From the NCBI GenBank assembly GCA_964493265.1, contig CAZBLY010000001.1, positions 28,119 through 92,118 on the forward strand: DNA of 64,000 nt, written 5' to 3'. The notes below the pieces were generated by a model. That model was not told the DNA's origin. It saw nothing but the letters and a program-made list of their open reading frames with translations, and searched no databases. Positions within the stretch are counted from its first letter, which is position 1. Each line of letters begins with the position of its first letter. Source of the stretch: Candidatus Woesearchaeota archaeon. GTDB taxonomy: Archaea; Nanobdellota; Nanobdellia; Pacearchaeales; UBA284. This document shows positions 9,951-19,694 of the stretch, one piece after another. A program made the translations under genes and the position numbers.

Positions 9951-11720
9951 ATGACCAATAAAACCAACATAAATATAAAACAAATAAGGCAGCCTATCGT
10001 GACTGTTGCAGGTCATGTTGATCATGGCAAGACCACAATTCTCGATTCAATCAGAGGCACTTGTCTTGCAGCTAAAGAACCCGGAAAAATAACACAAAAA
10101 ATTTCCTTTACAACAGTTCCAAGCGAAATAATCAAAGCAAATTGTAAAATCTTACTTGAAAAATATAAAATTAAACTTGAAATTCCTGGTTTTCTTTTTA
10201 TAGATACCCCAGGACACGCAGCCTTTACTAATCTAAGAAAAAGAGGGGGAGCTCTTGCTGATCTTGCTATTCTTGTTGTTGATATTAATGAAGGCATCAT
10301 GGAACAGACTCGGGAGAGTATTGATGTTCTTAGATCCAGCAAAGTTCCATTCATAATTGCACTTAATAAAATAGATATAATTACTGGTTGGACAAAAAAA
10401 TCTGAAGACCTTAAAGAAAGTATAGAAAAACAAGCCGAATTTACAAAAAAAGATTTTGAAAAAAAATTATTCAGAATAATCAATACACTAAACACTCTAG
10501 GGTTTGATTCTGATATTTTTTATCGTGTTAGTGATTTTACAAAACAAATAACTTTAATTCCGTGTTCTGGAAAAACTTATGAAGGCATCTCAGAATTGGT
10601 TGTTATGTTATCAGGCCTAGCTCAAAGATTTCTTAAAGGAAAACTAACCTTAAACAAAGAAGGTAAAGGCACAATACTTGAAGTTAAAAAAGAAAAAAGT
10701 ATAATCACTATAGAAGCTATTCTTTATGATGGAATTCTTTCAAAAAAAGACACTTTAATTATAGCAACTTTAGGAAAAGCTATTGACACAAAAATCAGAG
10801 CTTTATTTGAAGCAGAATCTCTAGGAAAAGGTTTCAAAACAACAAAAGAAGTAAAAGCTTCTTGTGGAATCAAACTTCATTTGCCAACAACAGAAGAAAT
10901 TATACCAGGAATGCCTTTCATTGTTACAAAAGAAACAAAACCAGAGCAAATAAATGAATTAAAAGAATCTCTTCAAAAAGAAATTGAACAAGTTCTTCAG
11001 TTAGAAAAAGAAGGAATAATTGTTAAAGCAGAATCTCTCGGAAGTCTTGAAGCTCTTTTATTTTTATTAAGAAAAGAAGGTATTCGTATCAAAAAAGCTG
11101 AAATAGGAAATATAACAAGACAAGATATGGCCTTAGCATCATCAAATCTTGAAACAAACCCTATTGAAGCAGTCATTGTTGGATTTAATGTCTCTCTTGA
11201 GCAAGAAACTGAAACAAATGAACAAATTAAAATCATAGAAAGTAATATTATTTATAAAATCACCGAAGAGCTTTCAAAATGGCGTGAAGAAAAAGAGCTT
11301 GAAATTGAAAGAGAAAAATTAGCTGATTTAACAATGCCCTGCAAACTAAGTATTATGAGAAATTGTTGCTTTAGACAGAGCAAACCAGCAATTTTTGGAG
11401 TTAAAATAGAAGTAGGAACCCTTAAGGCTGGAATAATTCTAATGAATGAAGAAGGAAAAGAAATTACTAAAATAAAAGCAATTCAACATGAAAATAAAAG
11501 TGTTGAAAAAGTTAAAGCAGGAAAGGAAGTAGCAATCAGCCTGCCAAAAATTACCTTTGGTAGACAAGTTAAAGAAAGCCAAATTCTTTATTCAGCCCTA
11601 ACAGAAAGAGAATTCAGAGAATTGAAAAAAAACAAAAAATATTTAAGTCCAGATGAAATAAAAATACTTCAGGAGATAGCTAAAATAAAAAGAAAAGAAT
11701 TAGCCACCTGGGGAATTTAA
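9951..11720 (+). CDS. infB: translation initiation factor aIF5B (IF2 homologue)
   Basis: G1 VAGHVDHGKTTILD, G3 DTPGH and G4 NKID motifs. The 589 aa length fits aIF5B. Confidence 0.9.
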   Translation: MTNKTNINIKQIRQPIVTVAGHVDHGKTTILDSIRGTCLAAKEPGKITQKISFTTVPSEIIKANCKILLEKYKIKLEIPGFLFIDTPGHAAFTNLRKRGGALADLAILVVDINEGIMEQTRESIDVLRSSKVPFIIALNKIDIITGWTKKSEDLKESIEKQAEFTKKDFEKKLFRIINTLNTLGFDSDIFYRVSDFTKQITLIPCSGKTYEGISELVVMLSGLAQRFLKGKLTLNKEGKGTILEVKKEKSIITIEAILYDGILSKKDTLIIATLGKAIDTKIRALFEAESLGKGFKTTKEVKASCGIKLHLPTTEEIIPGMPFIVTKETKPEQINELKESLQKEIEQVLQLEKEGIIVKAESLGSLEALLFLLRKEGIRIKKAEIGNITRQDMALASSNLETNPIEAVIVGFNVSLEQETETNEQIKIIESNIIYKITEELSKWREEKELEIEREKLADLTMPCKLSIMRNCCFRQSKPAIFGVKIEVGTLKAGIILMNEEGKEITKIKAIQHENKSVEKVKAGKEVAISLPKITFGRQVKESQILYSALTEREFRELKKNKKYLSPDEIKILQEIAKIKRKELATWGI

Positions 11721-11764
11721 TTAATAAATAATATTAAATAAATCAAAAAGGAGGAAAATAAAAA

Positions 11765-12046
11765 ATGTTATCAAAAATTCCAGAAGACTTAAGTAAAGTT
11801 CCAAAAGATCAGATTGATATGGAAATTATAAGACTTGGAATGGTTGCAGAACTAGATGCAGTCAGTTTTTATGAACAATTAGCTGCAATGACAGAAAACC
11901 AAGATGTAAAAAAAATTCTTGTAGATATAGCAAAAGAAGAAAAAACACATATTGGAGAATTTCAAACCATGCTCTTGAAACTAGACAAAGACCAAGTAGA
12001 AGAACTTGAAAAAGGCAAAAAAGAAGTTGAAGAATTAACTAAGTAA
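11765..12046 (+). CDS. small ferritin-like / rubrerythrin-like four-helix protein (EncFtn-like, ExxH motif)
   Basis: A 93 aa ORF with AELDAVSFYEQLA...DIAKEEKTHIGEF (E...ExxH di-iron-type ligands). A strong SD (aaaaggaggaaaa) lies upstream. Confidence 0.5.
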   Translation: MLSKIPEDLSKVPKDQIDMEIIRLGMVAELDAVSFYEQLAAMTENQDVKKILVDIAKEEKTHIGEFQTMLLKLDKDQVEELEKGKKEVEELTK

Positions 12047-12106
12047 AGAACAATATAATCAAAAAAGTGCAATAAAGATTAAAAATTCTTATTCTGTAAA
12101 GTATTT

Positions 12107-13321
12107 ATGAACTTAGATAAATATTGGCATCTTTTAACTTGTTTAGCAGCCAGTATATTTTTTGGTAGTTTAAGTTTTTATTCTTCATTTCAATTAATTA
12201 AAGCTCAAGAAAAATTATGGAACGCAGGACAAAAAATAACCCAATTTAAAACAGACCAACAAACCAAAAAACTTGATGATTTAATTGAAACAACAAAATA
12301 CGAATCAAAAAAAATAAAAAAAATAACAAATTTTTTGGAACAAAATCCTAAGTTTGTATTAAATTTAAAACTAAATACAATAACTTATAACAATAATTTA
12401 AATAAAATAGAAGAAAAAAGATTTAGAAATGAAATAAATAATTTAGAAAAAAAGTACGGAACTTCTTTTATTGTTTCTAAATTAACTGATGAAAGATTTA
12501 AACTACATCCAGAATTTAGACCAAAAAAAAGGAAAATAAATACAAACAAAAATAATAAGAAAAAAAATAAAACAGGAAATCGTTATGATTCTTTTTTAAA
12601 TGAACAGTCTGTCAAAGAATGCATTGCTTACTGGGCTGTTAATCATGATAGTCTTCATAATAAAGCGCAAAAATTTGAATTAAAAAATCCAACCTCAATA
12701 GCACATTTAATTAGTTTAATTAGACATGAAACTAATTTAGGCAGATATCTTGGAGAATATAAAGTATTTAATTCATTGCTTTCTACAGTTACTTTTGGTA
12801 AAAAAACCTGGGTAAGAAATTATGCCTCTATAAATTTAGATTGTTTATTTGAAGAACCAATTATTCTTAATCCTTTTGATCCTTCTTCTAGTGCTGGGGC
12901 TGGGGGCATAACTCAAGGAATGCCTAAAGCCCTAAATGAACATGCTAAAGATGGAGATAATGATGGAGAAATAAATGTATTTACTCTTGCAGATGCTACT
13001 GCTTTTACATTAGATTATTTTGGAGCAAAAGAAGGAAATAAAGGAATTAAAAATTTAGCTCCTTATATTAAATGGTATAATCCCCATGATAAAGATTATG
13101 AACCAGCAATTAAAAGACTTGCAGAAATTTTAAATAATAATTATGATCTTGTCCTAGAATTAAAAGAAAAAATAGATGGACCTTTATTAACAAAAGAAAA
13201 AGAATTTAAAGAAATATTAGAAAGAAAATATTTTAAAAGTTTAGATAAAGAAAATAAAAGATTATGGAATTTCCAATATATTATAGAATATGAATTAGAT
13301 AGTTTAGAAATTGCTTACTAA
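12107..13321 (+). CDS. secreted/membrane-anchored protein with SLT-like (lytic transglycosylase) catalytic motif
   Basis: N-terminal hydrophobic anchor. An internal segment LFEEPIILNPFDPSSSAGAGGITQGMP follows the SLT consensus E-S-x2-NP-x-A-x-S-x2-GA-x-GLMQ. Confidence 0.4.
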   Translation: MNLDKYWHLLTCLAASIFFGSLSFYSSFQLIKAQEKLWNAGQKITQFKTDQQTKKLDDLIETTKYESKKIKKITNFLEQNPKFVLNLKLNTITYNNNLNKIEEKRFRNEINNLEKKYGTSFIVSKLTDERFKLHPEFRPKKRKINTNKNNKKKNKTGNRYDSFLNEQSVKECIAYWAVNHDSLHNKAQKFELKNPTSIAHLISLIRHETNLGRYLGEYKVFNSLLSTVTFGKKTWVRNYASINLDCLFEEPIILNPFDPSSSAGAGGITQGMPKALNEHAKDGDNDGEINVFTLADATAFTLDYFGAKEGNKGIKNLAPYIKWYNPHDKDYEPAIKRLAEILNNNYDLVLELKEKIDGPLLTKEKEFKEILERKYFKSLDKENKRLWNFQYIIEYELDSLEIAY

Positions 13322-14556
13322 AAAAATTCCTTCAATCTTCTCTGTTTTTTAAAATTGTTAAGTATCCTGCTTTTTGAAGTAAAAATTTCAATAGGAAGTT
13401 TAAAATTTTTCTGAGCTTCCTTAAGAACTTGTTTTATTGTATTAAATTTTTGTGGTTTTTTTGACATAGCTTCTCGTGTTGCTTCTCTTAAAATCCCCAC
13501 ACCACAAGGGGCCCAGTATTCTTCCCTAACTTCTCTAAAAACAAGACATGAAGCCTGTCTTTTGATTTTTGTAAGATATTCACAAACACCAAGACGATTA
13601 ACATAGTAAGCCCCTGTTACACTAGAAGCATATTTTTTACGACCTTTAAAAAATTCATAATCTTGCCATGTTGCTATATTTTCCTTACCCTGACCAAAAT
13701 ATCCCTCACTAGATACTTCAATTACTTCAAATGACCAACAACCAGGAATTAAAATTATATTATAATAATTTCCAAGATAATTTGCATGAAATAACATAAA
13801 AGAGGATATCTCTTGATAATATTTGATTTTTTCAAGAAGCATTTTAGATATGGTGTCATCAGTTGCAGTTACAGACCACCTAGTTGGAACAAGTCTTCTT
13901 TGAATCTTGACACCCAACATTCCAGCACTAAGAATTTTAATAATCTGACTAATATTAATTTTTGATTTATAAAGTTCATTAATGGCCTGAACAGCTTTAA
14001 CATCTGTATCATTAGTTAAATAATCAACTTTTCTTTCAACTTTTGGATTTGATTCAAGTTTTGCTGATTTAAGGGGAGCAGGATTACCAATCAAAGGCAC
14101 ATGGGCATCTAATCTAATTTTTATTTTGGGCTTCTTTTTGAGCTTGAAACTTGCATCAACAGCTTTACTTGCCAAACTTATTTCCTGCATTAAATCAAAA
14201 AGTCTTGATTGTTGTTTACTTTGGATATTTTTTCTTTTTCTTGCATTTTTTATGTTTGAAACAAATCGAGAATAAATCATCCTTGATCTATAAGTTAGAA
14301 TATCTTTAATACTTGCTTTATCCTTGTGCCATTCTTCAGGTAAACTAAATTTTTCTGTATGCCCATATTCAGTTGGGGCAAGAATTCCAGTAAAAACATT
14401 TGGATAACCGTGCTGGCCAACAAAAATTTCAGGAGGCGAGGAACCAGAAAACTCTTTCTTAATTTTTGGCTGAAATTGTTTAAGCCTGGCTAGAATCTTA
14501 CAAGGCTTACCACACCAACCCCTACCCTTGCATTTAATACATAAACTTGAAATCAT
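13318..14556 (-). CDS. archaeal Nre-family (putative DNA repair) protein
   Basis: N-terminal Cys cluster MISSLCIKCKGRGWCGKPCKIL resembles my recollection of the start of archaeal Nre/DUF650-651 proteins. The 412 aa length fits. The assignment rests on memory only. Confidence 0.35.
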   Translation of the reverse strand: MISSLCIKCKGRGWCGKPCKILARLKQFQPKIKKEFSGSSPPEIFVGQHGYPNVFTGILAPTEYGHTEKFSLPEEWHKDKASIKDILTYRSRMIYSRFVSNIKNARKRKNIQSKQQSRLFDLMQEISLASKAVDASFKLKKKPKIKIRLDAHVPLIGNPAPLKSAKLESNPKVERKVDYLTNDTDVKAVQAINELYKSKINISQIIKILSAGMLGVKIQRRLVPTRWSVTATDDTISKMLLEKIKYYQEISSFMLFHANYLGNYYNIILIPGCWSFEVIEVSSEGYFGQGKENIATWQDYEFFKGRKKYASSVTGAYYVNRLGVCEYLTKIKRQASCLVFREVREEYWAPCGVGILREATREAMSKKPQKFNTIKQVLKEAQKNFKLPIEIFTSKSRILNNFKKQRRLKEFF

Positions 14557-14656
14557 AATTAAAAGAATTAAAAAAACTATTAATACTTTTGTCTACTTTT
14601 TCATATGCTTCTTTTTTGTATTATTATATTATTCTGTTATTCTTATTCTATTATTT

Positions 14657-14839
14657 TTACTCTGTTATTCCAAGAACTATTAAGGCAATTCCTATCAAAA
14701 CAACCAAGATAACTACGCCGCCCTTCAAAAACTCGACAGCTGCAGTTCCCCAACCATAAAAAATAGGAACATTCAATACAATCAATATCGGAGCTAGAAT
14801 AAGAATAATTCCTAATATTATACTAATTGCTTTATTCAT
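14657..14839 (-). CDS. small two-TM membrane protein
   Basis: A 60 aa, highly hydrophobic ORF. It is intergenic and not contradicted by a longer ORF. Confidence 0.3.
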   Translation of the reverse strand: MNKAISIILGIILILAPILIVLNVPIFYGWGTAAVEFLKGGVVILVVLIGIALIVLGITE

Positions 14840-15042
14840 ATTTTTAAAATGATATTTTTGTTTTTAAATTTTATTGTGATTAATAAAATAAAAGGCAGCT
14901 TATTTTTATTGGCTTATGACTTTAAACCATTTATTAATTCACTATACCACAAACTATTTAAACCAATAGTGATTATTTTGGGCACTATCAAATTTAAGAA
15001 AATCAAAATAAATAATAAAATAAATCAGGAGGAAAAATAAAA

Positions 15043-15381
15043 ATGTCAAAAACAATTAAAATAACAAGCGATAATTTTGAAGAAGAAGTTCTTAAGTCAA
15101 AAATTCCTGTTTTAGTGGATTTTTGGGCACCTTGGTGTCAGCCTTGTTTGATGATGGCTCCAGCATTAAATGAATTATCAGAAGAATTAGAAGGTAAACT
15201 AAAAATAGGAAAGCTAGATACAGAAGTTCCAGAAAATCAAATGCTTGCCTTACAATACCAAATTCAAAGCATACCAAATATGAAACTTTTCAAAGACGGA
15301 AAAGTGATTAAAGAATTTATTGGTTTGCGTCCAAAAGAAATGTTAAAAGAAGAATTAAGTGAGGAAATTGATTTATCCTAA
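15043..15381 (+). CDS. trxA: thioredoxin
   Basis: WAPWCQPC active site, a strong SD aggaggaaaaataaaaatg, 112 aa. Confidence 0.85.
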   Translation: MSKTIKITSDNFEEEVLKSKIPVLVDFWAPWCQPCLMMAPALNELSEELEGKLKIGKLDTEVPENQMLALQYQIQSIPNMKLFKDGKVIKEFIGLRPKEMLKEELSEEIDLS

Positions 15382-15390
15382 AATTAAACA

Positions 15391-16317
15391 ATGGAAAATA
15401 AAATGAAAGAAAAAGTTTATGATTTAATTATAATTGGGGCAGGACCTGCTGGTTTAACTGCGGCAATTTATGCTAGAAGATATAATCTTGATTCTTTAGT
15501 GATTGGAATCCTTCAAGGAGGGACAATTTCTGAAGCGCACAGGGTGTGTAATTATCCTTCTCAAAATAATATAAGCGGATTTGAATTAACGCAAAAGATA
15601 GTAAATCATCTTGAAGAATTGGGAGGAAAAATAAAACAAGAAGAAATATTAGATATAAAACAAAAAAAAGAATTTTTTATTGTTAAAACAAATAAACAAA
15701 AATATTCAACAAAAAAAATAATTTTAGCAATAGGCAGAGAGAAACGGAAATTAAATATCCTTAAAGAAGATGAATTCTTAGGCAGAGGAATTAGTTATTG
15801 CGCAACTTGTGACGCCGCTTTTTTTAAAGACAAAATTACAGGAGTTGTTGGAGGGGGAAATGCTGCAATTACAGCAGCACTATTGTTAGCAGAGTATGCA
15901 AAAAAAGTTTATATTATTTATAGAAAAGATAAATTTACCAAAGTAGATCCTGCCTGGTTAAAAGAATTAAAAGCAAACAATAAAATAGAATCTATTTTTA
16001 ATTCAAATATTACAGAGATTTATGGAAAGAATTCTATAGAAGGTGTAAAATTAGATAATGGTAAAAATATTAAATTAGATGGGGTATTTGTTGAAATAGG
16101 TTTTATTCCTCAAAAAACTATCTCAAGAAGTTTAGGAATTAAAACAGAGAACGGATATATAATAACAGATAAATTTCAAAAGACAAATATTAAAGGAATC
16201 TTTGCAGCAGGAGATATTACAAATAATCCATTAAAACAGGTTATAACCGCTTGTGGAGAAGGCGCAATAGCAGCCACTTCTGCTTATGAAGAAATAAAAA
16301 AGGAAGAAAATAATTAA
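15391..16317 (+). CDS. trxB: thioredoxin-disulfide reductase
   Basis: FAD-binding IIGAGPAGLTAAIYA, redox-active CATCDA, NAD(P)-binding GGGNAA. Lies immediately downstream of trxA. Confidence 0.85.
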   Translation: MENKMKEKVYDLIIIGAGPAGLTAAIYARRYNLDSLVIGILQGGTISEAHRVCNYPSQNNISGFELTQKIVNHLEELGGKIKQEEILDIKQKKEFFIVKTNKQKYSTKKIILAIGREKRKLNILKEDEFLGRGISYCATCDAAFFKDKITGVVGGGNAAITAALLLAEYAKKVYIIYRKDKFTKVDPAWLKELKANNKIESIFNSNITEIYGKNSIEGVKLDNGKNIKLDGVFVEIGFIPQKTISRSLGIKTENGYIITDKFQKTNIKGIFAAGDITNNPLKQVITACGEGAIAATSAYEEIKKEENN

Positions 16318-16318
16318 A

Positions 16319-17554
16319 ATGGGCGTTATGAATATCTTTGAAAATATAAAAAAGACAGTTGAAAATATTTCAAAAGAATTAAATTTATCTAAAAAAGAAA
16401 AAGAAATTTTATTTAATCATAAAAGTATTCAGACTGCAAAATTAAATATTGAAGGAAAAGAATATGAAGCCTTTAGGGTAATTCATAATAATTCTCTTGG
16501 CCCTGGAAAAGGAGGAATTAGGTTCCATCCTAATGTCTCTGAAGATGAAGTTAAATCATTATCTTTTTGGATGAGCATTAAAAATTCTCTATTAGGTCTG
16601 CCTTATGGGGGGGCAAAAGGTGGAGTTAAAGTTAATCCAAAAGATTTAGATAAAAAAACAATTGAAAAAATTAGTAGAGAATATATTAGAACTTTTCATG
16701 AATTTATAGGTAAAGACAAAGATATTCCTGCTCCTGATGTTTATACAAATCCAAAGATTATGGGTTGGATGTTAGATGAATATGAAAAAATCAAAAAAAG
16801 AAAAGAACCTGCAATGATCACTGGAAAACCCTTAGAATTAGGCGGAATTAATCTAAGAAAAGATGCAACTTCAAAGGGTGGAGCCATAATCTTAGAAGAA
16901 TTCCTTAAAAAACAAAATCTAAATTTTAAAGAATTAAAAATAGCAATTCAAGGTTTTGGAAATGTAGGGATGAATACTGCTAAAATTTTATTTGAAAAAG
17001 GATACAAAATTGTTGCGATTAGTGACAGTAAAGGAGGAATATATTCAACAAGTGGATTAAATATAACAAAATTAATTGAACATAAATTAAAAAATAAAAC
17101 AGTTCTTGGTTTTGAAAATTCAGAAGAAATCACGAATAAAGAAATTTTAGAATCAGAAGTTGATTTTTTAATTCTTGCAGCACTTGAAAATCAAATAACA
17201 AAGGAAAATGCAGATAAAATAAAAGCCAAAAATATTCTTGAACTGGCTAATGGACCTATAACTTCTAAAGCAGATGAAATTCTTTTTAATAAAAACATAA
17301 CCATTCTACCAGATATTCTTGCAAATGCGGGGGGGGTTGTTGCAAGTTATTGCGAATGGTGTCAAAACAAATCAGGAGGAATTTTAGATGAAAAATATTT
17401 AAGGAATTTTTTCGAATTAAAAATGAAAAATGCTTTCGAAAAAATTTATGATTTAAAAAATAAAAAAGAGAGCCTCAGTTTTAGAAATGTCTGTTATATT
17501 TCATCTATAAAAAATATTCTAAATGCTGAAAAAGCCAGAGGAAATTTAAAATAA
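16319..17554 (+). CDS. gdhA: glutamate dehydrogenase (Glu/Leu/Phe/Val dehydrogenase family)
   Basis: GGIRFHPNVSEDEVKSLSFWMSIKNSLLGLPYGGAKGG catalytic-lysine region and a GFGNVG dinucleotide fold. The start lies 2 nt after the trxB stop. Confidence 0.85.
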   Translation: MGVMNIFENIKKTVENISKELNLSKKEKEILFNHKSIQTAKLNIEGKEYEAFRVIHNNSLGPGKGGIRFHPNVSEDEVKSLSFWMSIKNSLLGLPYGGAKGGVKVNPKDLDKKTIEKISREYIRTFHEFIGKDKDIPAPDVYTNPKIMGWMLDEYEKIKKRKEPAMITGKPLELGGINLRKDATSKGGAIILEEFLKKQNLNFKELKIAIQGFGNVGMNTAKILFEKGYKIVAISDSKGGIYSTSGLNITKLIEHKLKNKTVLGFENSEEITNKEILESEVDFLILAALENQITKENADKIKAKNILELANGPITSKADEILFNKNITILPDILANAGGVVASYCEWCQNKSGGILDEKYLRNFFELKMKNAFEKIYDLKNKKESLSFRNVCYISSIKNILNAEKARGNLK

Positions 17555-17634
17555 TAACATTTTCATGCAAAAAAATATCTAAAGAAGACTTAATTAAATG
17601 TGCATTTGCCCTAAATAAAACTGAATATAATTTA

Positions 17635-17895
17635 TTGATTTTTTTATTGAAAAAAGATGAGAAATATACTGCATCTCAAATCTCGCAATTTATTAAACTT
17701 GATAGAACAACGATCCAAAAAGCAATAAAAAATTTGGTTGGCAAAAAATTAGTAAAAAAGATGCAAAAAAATATCCCAAAAGGAGGATATACTTTTTTAT
17801 ATATAATAAATGACAAAAAAGAAATTAAAGAAAAAATAAAGATTATAATTCATAGCTGGTGCAAAGTAATTGAGAAAGCTATTAATGAATTATAA
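17635..17895 (+). CDS. small winged-helix (MarR/TrmB-like) DNA-binding protein
   Basis: An 86 aa ORF with ASQISQFIKLDRTTIQKAIKNLVGKKLV, an HTH-like segment. Confidence 0.35.
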   Translation: MIFLLKKDEKYTASQISQFIKLDRTTIQKAIKNLVGKKLVKKMQKNIPKGGYTFLYIINDKKEIKEKIKIIIHSWCKVIEKAINEL

Positions 17896-17991
17896 TTTTT
17901 TAACAAGAAGTTCAATTAATAAATTATAAAAAAACCAATTATAAACTTTTCTATTCAAAACCTTTAAAAACAAAATCTGTCTCTGATTTAC

Positions 17992-18270
17992 ATGACAAAA
18001 AAGAAAAAGAAGAATAAAAAAGAAGAGAAAGATAATAGAGAAATAGAAGCATATATCTTAATTGGAGTACTTCCTGCAAAAGAAAGAATTGTCTATGAAA
18101 AATTAAAAAAGTTGAAAAAAATTATTCTAATCAACGAGCTTTTTGGTGAGTGGGACATTATTATAGGAATAAATATTTCTAATGCAAAAGAACTTGACAC
18201 TTTTGTTTCAGATAAAATAAGGAAAATAAAAGAAATTGGCCTAACATCAACCATGATTGTTGCAAAATAA
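17992..18270 (+). CDS. stand-alone Lrp/AsnC C-terminal (RAM) ligand-binding domain protein
   Basis: YILIGV...ELFGEWDIIIGINISNAKELDTFVSDKIRKI.GLTSTMIV matches the Lrp/AsnC RAM-domain pattern. Confidence 0.5.
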   Translation: MTKKKKKNKKEEKDNREIEAYILIGVLPAKERIVYEKLKKLKKIILINELFGEWDIIIGINISNAKELDTFVSDKIRKIKEIGLTSTMIVAK

Positions 18271-18284
18271 AAACCAAAATCAAA

Positions 18285-18866
18285 ATGAAATCCTCATATA
18301 GCTACATCAGAGAATTATGGAAAAAACCAAGAAAAAATCTAGGTAAACTCTGGCAAGAAAGGCAAATAGAATGGCGTAAAGGCAATACAATAGTTAGAGT
18401 TGACAAACCCTTAAGACTTGATAGGGCTCGTTCATTAGGTTACAAAGCAAAATCCGGTTTTGTTATTGTTAGAATCAGAATAAAAAGAGGTGGAAGAAAA
18501 AGACCAAAACCAAAAGGTGGTAGAAGAAGTAAAAGACAGACTATTAAAAAAACCCTTAAAATGAATTATAAATTAGTGGCTGAACAAAGATGCCAAAGAA
18601 AATTTCCCAATCTTGAAGTTTTAAATTCATATTGGATAGGTAAGGATGGAATTCATTATTTTTATGAAATTATTTTAATCGATCCGAGCAGACCAGAAAT
18701 AAAGAAAGATAAAGATATCAAATGGATAACAAACAAAAAACACAAAAAACGAGTTCATAGAGGTCTGACAAGTTCTGCAAGAAAATCCAGAGGTCTTAGA
18801 AATAAAGGCGACCGAGCAATAAAAATCCGGCCATCATTAAGAGCTCATGGAAGGAAAGGGAAATAA
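18285..18866 (+). CDS. rpl15e: ribosomal protein L15e
   Basis: N-terminal MKSSYSYIRELWKKP compares with the L15e consensus MA.SAYSYIR..W..P. Basic, 193 aa. Confidence 0.85.
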   Translation: MKSSYSYIRELWKKPRKNLGKLWQERQIEWRKGNTIVRVDKPLRLDRARSLGYKAKSGFVIVRIRIKRGGRKRPKPKGGRRSKRQTIKKTLKMNYKLVAEQRCQRKFPNLEVLNSYWIGKDGIHYFYEIILIDPSRPEIKKDKDIKWITNKKHKKRVHRGLTSSARKSRGLRNKGDRAIKIRPSLRAHGRKGK

Positions 18867-18870
18867 GTTT

Positions 18871-19359
18871 CTATAATGGATCAACTCTTATTTCATGAAG
18901 AGGCATTCCTGAAGTATCATAGTTATGAAATAAGTCATTCAACCTACTAATAAATTTGGTTGTTGCTTTCAATTCTTTTTTTGGAATTCCTTTTGTTGAG
19001 TAATTTTTAGAACTAGCTATCCTTTCTAAAACACTAATATAATTATCAATATCTTTTAAAAATTTCTCTGAATAACAATAATTGTGGAATTCTCTGTCTA
19101 TTCCTTCCTTAACTACATTAGTAAGTTGAACGAAATCCCAAAAACTTTTATAATGTTCAGGTTTAGGTTCTTCTTTTTTCAAAAAAATATTCAAAAAAAT
19201 ATTACCATTTTTCAAGGTGTTTAGATAATCAATACCTTTATTCAAGATTTTCTGTTTTCCTTCAGAACTAAAGGGATAAAAATCATTAAGAACTGATTTT
19301 AAATTATTCAAGAACATTGCTCTTAACAAAATCTCCAACCTAGTCATCTTATCTATCAT
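18871..19359 (-). CDS. hypothetical protein
   Basis: A 162 aa ORF with no recognisable motif. It fills an otherwise empty intergenic interval. Confidence 0.3.
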   Translation of the reverse strand: MIDKMTRLEILLRAMFLNNLKSVLNDFYPFSSEGKQKILNKGIDYLNTLKNGNIFLNIFLKKEEPKPEHYKSFWDFVQLTNVVKEGIDREFHNYCYSEKFLKDIDNYISVLERIASSKNYSTKGIPKKELKATTKFISRLNDLFHNYDTSGMPLHEIRVDPL

Positions 19360-19420
19360 CTTTTCTTCAAGACATTGGGATTTATATAAATTTCTATGTT
19401 AAAAGCAAAAAATATTTATA

Positions 19421-19618
19421 GTGGAGGTAATTCTTAAAAAGATGGCAGAATATCAATGTAGAAATTGTGGTTATAAGTTTGAAGGGACTAGAAAACCTTA
19501 TGCTTGCCCTTATTGTGGTGAAATTGGAGCAGTTAAACCAACTCCAACAGCTAATGACATTCTTGATGAAGTAACCCCTAAACAACCAGAAGCAGAAGAA
19601 CCAGCAAAATCACAATAA
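19421..19618 (+). CDS. small zinc-ribbon protein, RpoP (RNA polymerase subunit P)-like Cx2C-x12-Cx2C, with acidic C-terminal tail
   Basis: AEYQCRNCGYKFEGTRKPYACPYCGEIGAVKP resembles the RpoP/Rpb12 ribbon (Y.C..CG....RCP.CG). The probable start is the internal Met at 19442. Confidence 0.3.
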   Translation: MEVILKKMAEYQCRNCGYKFEGTRKPYACPYCGEIGAVKPTPTANDILDEVTPKQPEAEEPAKSQ

Positions 19619-19694
19619 ATTTAGAGAAAAATTATTAAATTAAGTTTCTTTGTATTCTGTATAAAATTTGTATTAATTACAATTCTATTTTAAA

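Noticed and set aside
10022-10495. Minus-strand ORFs inside infB (10022..10495, 10233..10433, 10997..11236)
   Set aside because: They are antisense to aIF5B, whose G-domain motifs fix the frame.
12107-13321. 404-aa ORF as encapsulin shell partner for the ferritin-like protein
   Set aside because: There is no HK97-fold-like features or size match. The protein has a signal-anchor and an SLT-like motif instead.
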